A program made the position numbers and the translations under genes. Positions 24,778 to 35,899 of a stretch of DNA of 64,000 bases are shown piece after piece (within the stretch, counting starts at the first letter, position 1; each line of letters starts with the position of its first letter). Location of the stretch: NCBI RefSeq assembly GCF_030028105.1, contig NC_092394.1:30920752-30984751 (forward strand). Reading direction: 5' to 3'. The notes beneath the pieces are model-generated. The model did not search any database, was not told the origin of the DNA, and saw only the letters and a list, made by a program, of their open reading frames with translations. Source of the DNA: Mobula birostris. Taxonomy: Eukaryota.

Positions 24778-25334
24778 GACTGGGGCATGGAGGAGATGTG
24801 AGGTGAGGGCAGCATCAATGGTGGATGAAGGGAAACTCCATTCTTTGAAGAAGGAAGACACCTTTGATGCCCCAGAAGGGAAAGACTTATCCTATGAACA
24901 GGTGTGGTGGAGACCAAGGAACATGAGAAAAGGGAATGGCATCTTTACGGGAGGCAGGGTGGGAAAAGGTATAGTCAAGATAGTCATGGGAATCGGTAGA
25001 CAGTTTGCCTCCAGAGATAGAGACAGAGATTTTGAGAAAGAGAGAGAGAGGTTCAGAAATGGACTAAGTGAATTTAAGGGCAGGGTGGAAGTTGGATGCA
25101 AAGTTGATAAAATTTACAGGGTCAGTATGGGCGTGTGAAATAGCACCAATATAGTCATCAAAGTAGCTCAGAAAGAGTTGAGGAGCATTACCAGGGATAG
25201 CCTGGAACATGAACAAAAGGCAGGCACAGCTGGGGCCCATGTGGATGCCCATGGCTACATCTTGAGTTTGGGGAAAGTAGGAGTAACTGAAAGAGAGTTT
25301 GTTGAGGGTGAGGACCAGTTCACACACGTGAGAA

Positions 25335-28300
25335 TGTCCACATTACAGCTAATTAATGTTTCTTGGTAATCGTATTAACTCTCTTCCTTGTGTTTCAGTC
25401 TTGTTAAGTCTTGATCAAAGGACAGCGATGACTACACTCCTTGCTTGCCTTAGTCCACATTCTAGGGAAAAAAAGATTAGTGAGTTAGTCAGACACTGTT
25501 AAAGGAGCAGTATTAAATTAGTTCTAGGTTACTGCTTTCAGGCCGTAATGACGATGTTAGGTTTTAGTTAGTTTGAGAGTTTCTAGTTCATGGTCAAACA
25601 TTTATTATTTTCCTTTGTTCTATGCAGTCCTTACTAGAACTCAGTGAACTGTTCGTTCTGTGTCTGTGTCTCTCCCTCCATACCTGGGCCATCATTGAAT
25701 CTGTCAGCAAGACTTGATCAGCAAAATGGGCCCAGAGAAGAGAGAAACCGGCCCTGAATTTCATTGGTCATGTGGGGAGGAAGTTAAAGATAATGGAGGC
25801 TGGGTAGAAGTGGCTGCCACAGTGTGACAATTATTCCCAGAGCAGACAGCCCAGTCCAAGATGAGCGAACCGATGTGAGTACTCGCAACGACTGTTCAGC
25901 AGCTTACAGCAGGCAGTCAGAATCAGGTGTCAGAAAGTTTTGCTCTCACGGCTACTGTTTAGCAGCACTGTTTCCAGCATGGGAACTCCCCCACCCTCCT
26001 CTATTGCTGTCTCATCAGACCCAGCCACTAATGCCCGGATTCCCTTGGCTTCTTTAGGACCTAAACCCAGCATTCCTCCATCGGGCAGATGCACCAGTGA
26101 CTCGGTGACTGCAGAAACTTTATTACCCAGTGAGAGCTGACTTTCCAGGTCCAGCCAGGTCAGTTCAGTAATGATGCATCTAAACTAGCTCACATAGTGA
26201 ACCTCTCAGACGGACCCCCACTCAGCCTGGTCAACACTCTACAAGAACAATGTTCTCCTGCAGCCCAGTCTTCCCAGCGATTTGGGTGATGTTCAAGAGA
26301 ATGTTTGACCTTCTGGGATCAGGAGGCTCCCCTCCAACTCCTGGACCTGCACCAAAGGAGAAGGTCAGTGAGGGGCCACGCGGTAAAGTTCCGCACTCTT
26401 GTAGTTGAGATGGAGTGGAACGAGAGATCCCGCGTCATTACTTTACAGCGCAGGCTGAGCACCAGGAGTCCAGCATGAGATCGCTGTGTGTGATGAACAG
26501 GATAGACCGGATGACCTGATACGTCTGGCCATTCGAATAGTCACCCGGGCAGCTGAGCGGCCCAGAACAAGAATACCCTGAGCCTCCTACTCGTCAGATC
26601 ACTGTCTGCCTTCACCCCTTCTCTCATCACCCAGTAAACCATGCACAGAGGAGACCATGCAGGTCAGCGTCTGCACCTATCTCAGGAGGAAGGAGATTGG
26701 TGCAGAAGAATAGGTTGCTGCCTCTATTACGGCTCTCCAGGACACTCTGTGTATCATGTCCAAAAATTGATAGGGAATATTGACATCAAGGCTCTGTATC
26801 GTCGGCCTCCGGGCACTGGCAAGATTCACCTTTCCACAGAACCCATCTAACTTGTGTTGGAGGGCAACCTTGGGGAACAGCTCTCCTTCTAAATTGTTGA
26901 TTCACCTGAACTGCTGCTGGTGCTTGGTTCTCTCAACACACACCACAGATCGTTTGGTCCCGAAAACTCTTTAAGAGCGGGGACCAGCCTGCCTACGTAC
27001 CCCCCAGGGTCCAGCTCAGGCCCCTGTCAGTGTATCCTCTCCTGAGTCAATGGTTACTGTGGACCTGTCTGGTGTTCCGTAGAGAAGAAGGAGGCCGTCT
27101 CCCTGCTTCCACCCTGACTTCTTACTTGGTCTAGTCCTTTTCAGGGCTGGCTGTCTTCTCTCTCTCATCCTGAAACGGTGGCCATGGAAGAACCCATCAA
27201 GGAGGCATTGGCTTTAGGATTCATCCATTTATCTACCTCACCAGAAATGCTGGGCTTCTTTTTGTGTGAGCAAGAAGGATGGCAAGCTACATTACAGCAT
27301 CGATTATTGGCCCCTCAAAAACATAAGACCATAAGACAATAAGGCATAGGAGCAGAATTGTGCCATTTGGCTTATCGGGTCTGCTCCGCCATTTCATCAT
27401 GGCCAATCCATTTTCCCTCTCAGCCCCAATCTCCTGCCTTCTCCCTGTATCCCTTTATGCCCTGACTAATCAAGAATCTATAAACTTCTGCCTTAAATAT
27501 ACGTAAAGACTTGGCCTCCTACAGTATGGTGAATAACCGCCATCTTCCTCCCCTGCTTACCTCTGCATTTGAACGCCTCCAAGGAGCAACCATATTCTCT
27601 AAGATAGATCTGTGCAATGCCTACAATCTGGCTTGCATCCGAGAGGGGGATGAGTGGAAGACAGCATTCAACAGCCTCAGTGGCCACTACGAACATCTGG
27701 TGATGCCGTTTGGTCTGTCCAATGCCCCTGCTGTTTTCAGGCCCTGGTCAATGAGGTGTTCAGTTTGATTTAGTCAATTTGGATGACATTCTTATCTGTT
27801 TCTGCTCATGCCTGGAACATGTCAGACATTCTCGGACAACTCCTCAAGAACAAACTTAAAGCCAAGCCAGAGAAGTGTGAGTTCAACGAAGAGCCGGGGT
27901 CATTCTTGGGCTAAATCCTCGGTGTTCAGTGGACCCGAGTAAAATTCGGGCAGCGTGGCCCAAACCAGCTACAGTCAAACAGGCGCGGCGATTCATGGGG
28001 TTTGCAAACTTTTATCACCGCTTCATCAGAAACTTCAGTTCCATCGCAGCTCCCATAAAATGGACTCATCAGGAAGACCTCGGCAGGATCCCAATGAGCA
28101 GGTGAAGCAGACCGAGCTTCCTCAGAGCTAAAGCGATGCTTCTCCACTGCCCCAGCGCTGCAATTTCCAGACCCATCCTGTCCATTGATGGTTGAGGCTG
28201 ATGCATCTGCTGTTGCATTGGATTATGCATTGGAGCTGCACTCTCCCAGCGCTCTTCAGTAGGTAACCTGCTGCACCCCTGTGTTTTTCCTTCTCATCAT

Positions 28301-29570
28301 TTGACTCCTCCAGAGTGCAACTACGACGCTGGGAACAGAGAACTTGTGGTTGTCACTCAAGAGGTATGGCTACACTGGCTGGAGGGACAACCTTTCCGGT
28401 ATGTGGACTGATCACAAAAACTTCCCCGACCTTCATGATGCTGAGAGACTCAACACCCCTCAAGCCTGTTGAACTTTGTTCTTCATCTGGTTCAATTTCG
28501 CCCTCACGTGACATCCTGACAACAAAAATGCCAAGACCGCTGCTCTCTCCCGGCGGTTTGACATCTCTGAGGACAATGTCAGTCCAGAGCCCATCCTTCC
28601 CTGCCCATGCACGACTGTTCCAGTGACTTGAGGAATAGAAGGAGATGAAGGGTGCAAAACATTTGGACCCTGGCCCAAGTGGGGGACCTCCCAACCAATT
28701 GCATGGTCCTGCCACTGGGCTCCCGAGCGCGTTGGAGTGGGCTCACTCTTCCCATCTGGCTGTCCACCCAGGGATTCAATGGACCCTGGAATATATAAAG
28801 AGATGATTTTGGTTGCCATCTATGTCCCAAGATGTCCACAGCTTCATCTCTCCCTGACCCACTTGTGCTCAGAACAAGATGTCATGTCAGCATCCTGCTG
28901 GTCTGCTGTGTCTGCTGCCTATGCCTCACCACCCCTGGTCCCACTACCTCTCAGTGGATTTCATTGCACTGGTCTGCCTCCCGCAGATGGGGACTCTGCC
29001 ATTCTGGTAGTTGTGGACCGGTTCACTAAAGCAGCCCACTTCATGGCTCTCCCTAAGCTCCCAGCAGCTCGCAACACTGCAGCCCCCATGGCTCAGCACA
29101 TGTTCAGGCTGCACTGTGTCTGATCGAGGACACAGTTCATGTCCCATTTTTGGAAGGTTTTCTATTCTTGTTTGCGAGCCACAGCCGGCCTCTCATCAGG
29201 TTTCCACACCCTCCCCCCATCTAACGTCCAGACTGAGAGAGCAAGTTATCAGCTGGAGACAACCCTGTGCTGCCTAGTCTCCTCCAACCCCACAACCCAG
29301 AGCTCCCTTCTAGTTTGGGCAGAGGTTACCCACAAGAACCTCCATCAGTCCTCAGTTGGCATGTCCCCCTTTAAATGCCAAAAGGGACTCCAGCCACCAC
29401 TCTTCCCTGACCATGTGAGTTCCCTGCTCTGAACAGTTGGTCCTACGCTACAAATGCACGTGGAAGTGGGCCAGATTTTCCTTTGTTCTGTACAGTTCTT
29501 ACTAAAACTCAGTTTACTGCTCACTCTGCGTCTGTGTCTTTCTCTCCCTCTGCTCTTGGGCCTTCACTGC
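25335..29570 (+). mobile_element. Degenerate sushi/chromovirus-type Ty3/Gypsy element
   Basis: Gag knuckle RRIGCCLYYGSPGH; [46 protein letters not shown]; RNase H EADAS..NYDAGNREL; integrase ILVVVDRFTKAAHF..QTER. LTR 3' ends ~25607-25698 and ~29476-29567 are similar. Confidence 0.92.
27320..27522 (-). mobile_element. CR1 3' end inserted in the sushi-type RT
   Basis: Tail CATAAGACCATAAGAC..AGGAGCAGAATT; similar to the reverse complement of ~55170-55352. Confidence 0.85.
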
Positions 29571-29584
29571 TCCTTGCAGAAGTG

Positions 29585-30105
29585 CTCAATGGTGGGGGAG
29601 TGTTTTCCTGTGATAGACAGGGCTGCATCTACCACCTTTTGTGTACTTTTCCACTCTTGGGTGTGGGTGTTTTCATACCAGGCAGTGATTCAACCAGTCA
29701 GGATATCTCACTGTGCACCTATTAAAGTCTGCCAAAGTTTTAGACGACATGCTGAATCTGTGCAACCTGTTAAGAAAGTAGAGCTGTGGTCGTGCCTTAT
29801 TTGCGACGGCACTCACGTGCTGGTCCCAGGACAGATCCTCCAATATGATAACGCCAAGGAACTTAAGCTTACTGATCCTCTCCACCCCTGATTCGCTAAT
29901 GAGGACTGGCTCGTAGAATTCTGGCTTCTTCCTCCCGCAGTCAGTAGCCAGCTCTTTGGTTTTGCTGACATTGAATAAGAGATTGTTTGCTGTGGCACCA
30001 TTTGCCTGGATTTTCCACCTCCCTCTTATGTGCTGTTTCGTCACCGCTTTGGATTCGACCAACAGTGGTGTCGTCGGCAAACTTGAATATGGCACTGGAA
30101 TGCTT
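29585..30105 (-). mobile_element. Rex1/Babar-like RT fragment
   Basis: IFKFADDTTVGRI; NVSKTKEL..KFLGV..LYFLNRLHRF. Confidence 0.9.
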
Positions 30106-30379
30106 GCTACTCTTTCCATTGGCGGATATTAATACACAGACAGCAACCACCACTAGTGCAGTATATTTGGAGTTGGAATGCTGTCCAGCAAAAGGGCCAG
30201 GGGTAAACATTAAGACATATTGATTCAGTGCAAATCCAAAGGCTTCTTTCCTCCTACCTGTCTGGTTAATCTAATGGAGAGTGGTAGCCAGACTGTTTAA
30301 AAAGTGACATATTATAAACAGTGGCGTAAAAACACTATAATGGCAAAGACATGGATTAGAAATGTTCCTGTTTATTAAT

Positions 30380-30697
30380 TCAATTGTGATTTCCCACTGT
30401 AGAGTGTATGGATAATTGGGTTAAGGAAGTGGTATTAGGACCCCAAGATGGTTGCAGGAAGTATAAAAGGTGAACCGGGAGTTCGTGAACAGTTTTAGCC
30501 AATTTTAAAGTAATTAACGAATCAGTAGAAAACATTTCAAGTGCCTGTTTCCAGTACAAGAACAATGCAAGATTGTTTTCCTCTGCTCAATGGATTCTCA
30601 TTAAGTTTGTTTATGTAATTAGACTTGATGTTAAGACAAAGCCAGTAGCTGCCTCTGTAGGGTGGGGAGAGAATTGTTTTTCTACTTCTGCACTTTT
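30380..30697 (-). pseudogene. Candidate degraded exon with RGS-like motif
   Basis: Strong acceptor CTTTACCCCTTCCCCAACCTAG. One frame with two stops reads KSAEVEKQF..*AEENNLALFLYWKQALEMF..LAKTVHEL..YFLQPSWGP. Confidence 0.25.
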
Positions 30698-31202
30698 CTA
30701 GGTTGGGGAAGGGGTAAAGCATATATATTTGGATCCCTTAAAGTCAAAAGGGAAATCAGAAATCAACGTGAGTTTAAATGCTAGAGTTATATCTAGCATA
30801 TATCTACAATATCAGAAATACATCTTATGGAAATGTTTGTTTGATGATGAAATTCAATTTAAAAAATTAATTGAGACTTGAAGTAGATTTTTAGGTATGT
30901 GGTTTGTGGAAAAATGAGATAGTAAATCATTACTGCTTTACAGAAACTGCTTTCCTTACAAGTTACTGGAATTGAAATACTTTCTTTTATTTGAGAACAG
31001 AAAGTTCCCAGACTGAGTTTTGCGCTCCACAAACAGCTTAGACAGGGTAACTTCTTAGTGGAAAATTATACTAAAGACAGTTTGGGTTAAATTCAGACAG
31101 TGATGCAATCAGTAAGAATTCTGGCATTTTCCAGCTTGGCTAAGAATGAGTTTGACAGCAAATTTCTCACATTTTTGATACCCTTTGAATTCTGTGATGA
31201 GC

Positions 31203-31490
31203 AGGTGGCATGGTTGTGCAGTGGCTAGAGAAACACTCTACAGTGTGAGTGGTCGGGATTCAATTCCTGCCGCTGTCTGTAGAGTTTTATGTTCTCTCCA
31301 TGGTTGCGTGGGTTTTCTCCCACATTTCAAAGGTTGGGATTAGTAAGTTGTCGGGACACTGTGTGGACGCCAGATGCATAGTGAAACTTGTGGGCTGCCC
31401 TCAGCATATCCTCAGACTGTGCTGGTCGCTGATGCAAAAGGTGTCGCAATATTTCAATGTACATGTGAAAAATAAAGCTAATCTTTAATC
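31203..31490 (+). mobile_element. V-SINE-like SINE (Rex-tailed variant)
   Basis: tRNA-like head (GTGGCATGGTTGTGCAGTGG, GATTCAATTCC), GCGTGGGTTTTCTCCCACA, tail AATAAAGCTAATCTTT. Confidence 0.75.
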
Positions 31491-31579
31491 TTTTTTAAAA
31501 AAACTAACCTCCCTGTAGTCCCTTAGATCTATTCCCATTGCATTTATTTCTGGGTAAAAATAATAACAACCAAGAAGAT

Positions 31580-31860
31580 AAGAGAGCGATTGCAGGTTGT
31601 GATGGTATCATTATAATCTTTAGAGCACGCAAAGCAAATTTTTCTCTCTGCTATTTTGACGGTGGAATTAACCCATTTATCATTTGGTGTGACAGCTAAA
31701 ATTATAGAGAAAAGCGACGGGATTGCTTGCTGCCAAGGCTGGTGATAACATTTCCAGGGTTCAATCAATCATTTCACAATTAATTTAGCTTCCTCTGTAG
31801 TAATTTAAAGTTTAACACTCTCTTTTTCATTACCGAGATAATGAGTGCCAAAAATGCATT
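31580..31860. promoter_or_regulatory. Candidate conserved non-coding enhancer
   Basis: Unique AT-rich block with TGACAG (31690-31695), TGATTGAT on minus (31764-31771) and several TAAT/ATTA cores. Confidence 0.35.
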
Positions 31861-32139
31861 GGTCATTCCTAGAATTTTGTGTTGCCATTTCTTAAGTGGC
31901 AAGGAAATACACCGTAGAAATTCTTCCCATCCATTTGTAACTCTTTCTCATGGACTTGGGCGAGCTTATAAAAGTGTAGGCATCACATTTTTCTGGAATT
32001 CCTAGGAGTCAATATTTTGTGTCCATTCTGAGAGGATACAGAAAATGTCCTTTAAGATCATGGAAAATGGAGGTTGAGAGTTAATGAAAAGTTCAAAAGG
32101 AATTAGCATTAGTAAAACGGTAGTCATAAAAGTCAGTAT

Positions 32140-32330
32140 AGCTATGTTGGCCGGGGTCAGAATCCTGTGCTTTGGCTCTTGGTAGGGTCATCTATGCCAA
32201 ACAGGTCAAAGGGTAGAGGCCAGACAAAGAGTGGTCCGCCAGTCCTCCAGGTTTGGGGGTTCTGCTCAGGGCTAACAACCCTGACTGGTCGAAAATCAAT
32301 TGTTACCAAAGTACCAATGAAGATTCATTC
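32140..32330 (+). mobile_element. RTE 5'-UTR-derived fragment
   Basis: GGTAGGGTCATCTATGCCAAACAGGTCAAAGGGTAGAGGCCAGAC; reverse complement of ~57900-58060. Confidence 0.7.
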
Positions 32331-32749
32331 TATACATTTCTGTCCGCAATGCCAGTGGTATAACGGGCAGTAAGCACATAAGTAGGAAAATCAGTATGGA
32401 AGAAATTACGGGACTGAAAAATAATACATCTCTCCAGGACCTGATGACCTGAGTTACCCTGTTCTGTAAGAGGTGGTTATGGCGATATTTAGACTTTGTT
32501 TGGGATTTGGACTACAAATCCCACACACTGAAATGTAGGAAATAGAATGCTGTGAAGGAAGGTCTGAGGGAATAAACAGGGAACCACAGACCAGCTAACC
32601 CAACAGGTAGCAGGAAAAATGCTGACAAATTAACTATTGACTCAATCACTCTTGAGAAAAAATTGTAATTGAGTTATGAAGGCACTTAGAAAATAATTAG
32701 AATTTGCAAAGCCAACATGAATGTTATGTCTTGCTCAATGTATGATTTC

Positions 32750-34870
32750 CCTGGAACTGGCTGATGCATTACTTCAGTCTTCTTGGTGTTTGTGGTAAGC
32801 CCAAAGGTGGTACAGGCATCAAAGAACTTGTCAACACAGCGCTGCTAATCATCATTTCAGCCAGCATTGAGGGCACAGTCATCGGCAAAAAGGAACTCTT
32901 TGATGATGTCTGTCATGTCCTCACTCTTTGCTTGGAGTGTCCTGAGTCTGAAGAGTCAGTGCAGACACTGATGCCATTGCCTGCCTCAATGTCTCTGAAG
33001 ACATCAGTCAACACGGTAGACAATAGCAGACTGAATAGTACTGGTGGCAAGGCACAGCCCGGCTTGACCCTGTTTGAGACAGGGAAGTGCTCAGATGTCT
33101 CACCTTTCCCCTGAACTCTAGCCTGCATGCCATCATGCAATTGCTGCATCATGGTAATGAATCTCTTTGGACATCCATACTTTGCCATGATCTTCCACAG
33201 ACCCTCTCTGCTGAAAGTGTTGAACGCCTTAGTCAGGCCAGCGTAGCAGGAGAACAGGTCACCATTTTGCTCCTGGCATTTCTCTTGCAGCAAACACCAC
33301 GTCGATAGTCCCACGCTCTTTCCAGAATCCACACTGGTAGGAGTTCCCCGTCAGGGTGTGCTACAAGATGGCTGCGAAGAAGCCTGGCGAAGATTTTGCC
33401 TATCACAACCACAGATTCATCAGCACAGCAGATGCGGTAATTGCACTCCTGAATATGCACATATCAGCTAATTATTATTTCATTGTGATGGTAACTTAAC
33501 TCCATTCTTTTCGTCGTAGCACTCATTGAGACTTGAGCAAAGCAACGTTTTGCTGCCTGTTTGCATTCGGCTTTGCCCGAGAAGTTGGGCTGTCAAGTCA
33601 ACTGACTCTGAAGACCAGCGGTATTCGTTTTATATTTAATTGTTCCTTTCAGCTGCAGTGTTGGCTTCGTTTTCCATTCGAGAGTTTTAGTTAACGGCCC
33701 TGTTTGGTCGAGCGTTCCTGTTTTCCTTTCCCTCTAACTCCGTTCGCATTAAAGTTTGTGAACCTTCGACCCGCTTCAGTTTCTCCACTCTCTCCGCACT
33801 TGGGCCATGTCCGAACGTGGTGACGTTGCACGTGATGGACGGCAAGGATATTTGCCGATAGTTGTCACAGGACTGTCAGTTTCCCTTTCGCTTCCACAGG
33901 TGGATGATGGATGCACCTTTAAATTCCCATGGAATTATCTCTTACTGCTGCATGAGTTGGAAGAGCGAATGGAACTTTTCTGTTGGCACTGCACCACCTT
34001 CCTTGTATGCCTCACAATGGCACTGCATCTGATTCAGATGCTTAGCCACTGGAGAGCTGATGTACCACTTTTCGGGTCTTGACTAAGGTTGGTTTAACAT
34101 CCAGTGTTTCATTGATAGGTACTTGGAGCAGCCAATCAATGGCTTTGACATATAAAGCTGGATAATTCAGAACACTGATAAAGTATCCACAGATGAAGAA
34201 TTTTCCCTGTGTCCATGACCAAGAAAGAGGGGACAATCCTGATGATGCAGGGCCATAGACTTCTTTTAGTGCAGTGTAGAAGTTCTTTAATTCATACCTA
34301 TCTGCATAAGCCTGGGTCTCATTAGCTTCATTGCTCAGCCAGGAATCCTGCATCTGGCACAGTGTGTATTGTATGGTCCTTCACATGTTATTGAAGGCAT
34401 CCTTCTTGGAGGTAGACTTGGGGCCACTGAGGAAAGTTTTGTGGAGACGATGTTTCTCATCCAGCAGCTGGTTGATGCTAACACGATTTTCATCAATCCA
34501 GTCCTTGTGCTTACTGGTAGCAGCTCTCAAAGAGTCAGGACGGCTAGAGATGGAGTCAAGTGCAGTAAGTGACTGTGATGTCCTTTGTGCCTCGTCACAC
34601 TGTAAGCACTCCACAGCTCCCTGCTGCATCCACCTCCCTGCCCGTTGAGCTAAACTAGCGGCTACCTCCGTGCAGTCTGCCAGGTCCAGTCTTCGTTAGC
34701 TTGGGTGGGCAAGCCCAAACTCACCAAGGGTTTAAGACCCATCAGGTACCCTCACCTGGCCAGCTCGATGCACTGCTGCCTAGAGCCACAGGTGAGAGCT
34801 GGGGACCAATGGCAGATGAACTACACCCAAGGGAGCATGACATGCCTTCCCCTTCCGAGGTGCTATCCCT
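32750..34870 (-). mobile_element. RTE-clade LINE, internally deleted and decayed
   Basis: LQEKCQEQ..LTKAFNTFSREGLWKIMAKYGCPKRFI..VKPGCALPPVLFSL; AYADRYELKNFYTALKEVYGP; KHKDWIDEN. Confidence 0.92.
33401..33825 (+). mobile_element. Solo LTR inserted in the RTE element
   Basis: TTGCC|TATCAC...GTGACG|TTGCA (decayed TGTCAC/GTGACA ends, ~5-bp TSD); ATTAAA near 33748; the RTE sequence is continuous across it. Confidence 0.7.
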
Positions 34871-35899
34871 CCCTGACTCTCCATACACCCTCATCACTTA
34901 TCAGAAGTGTGAATAAAACCAGAGGGTTTAGGATAAGGAGTAAGAAATTTATAGGGAATATGAAGAGATCACTTTCTCCTATCTAGGAATTCCTGTTTCA
35001 GAATAAAGAGTGGATCGTTCGCGACTGAGATGAAATTTCTTCTTGGCGAATCGTTGGAATTCCAAAAAGGTTATCCAGTTCCAGTCACCGAGTGTACTCA
35101 AGACAAGGATCTATAGAAATTCAGAAATTAACTGAAGCAAAAAATATGAAGTTAGTGCATGGTAAGCTAAAAGGGCAGACATTGAATGCGAGAGCAAGTG
35201 GAAAGGATGTCTTGTGGCAACTCATAACCCCTGTAAATATTTCAGTCCTCTAGTCCTCTAGTAAGAACGCAGCTAGAGTACTGTTCCTCTATCAAAGGAG
35301 GGACAGACTTGTAACATAGGCAGGTCTAAGACGGTTCACCAGTTGGATGACTGGTGTGAAAGGTTGAGCAGCTTGAGTTTATGTCAATTGTTCAGAAATT
35401 CAAGAAATCCCTGAAACAGTAATACTCTGATGAAAGGTCCTTACAGGCTACATCCTCTTGTGAGGCTGTCCAGATAATTGGCCATCATTTCAGAACATGG
35501 ATCCCCCAACAAGGAATTCTCTTGGAGGCTTTCCTAACTTTGGGATTCTTTAGAATGGCCATGGAGTTTGAGTCATGAACAAAATGGACAGATTTCTTTT
35601 TGGTCTTTAAAGGTATCAAGGGCAAAACATGCAGAACAATAGATTTAGTTGCAAGATTTTGGCGGCACAGTAGCGTAGTGGTTAGCACAACGTTTTAGTA
35701 CAGGTGACAGGGGTTCAAATCCCGCCACTGCCTGTAAGGGTTTTGTACCTCCTCCCCGTGACCACATGGGTTTCCTCCCACAGTCCAAAGACATACCGGT
35801 TGGTAGGTTAATTGGCCATTCTAGATTGTCCCATGATTAGGCTAGTGTTAAATCGGGAGCTGCTGGGCAGCACAACTCACAGGGCTGGAAGGGCCTGTT

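Larger units (their letters stand above)
20692..25322 (-). mobile_element. Fragmented Penelope-like element (RT, GIY-YIG region, pLTR) hosting nested insertions
   Basis: RT AMGIHMGPSCACL..FLSYFDDYIG..FINFASNFHPALKFT (25064..25327). Pieces at 24778-25322, 23775-24045, 21416-21612 and 20692-21004; the last three are collinear with the copy at 10598-11306. Confidence 0.8.

Noticed and set aside
35661-35730. tRNA gene
   Set aside because: tRNA-like A/B boxes are SINE heads (also 4777, 31203, 42396, 62561); no cloverleaf.
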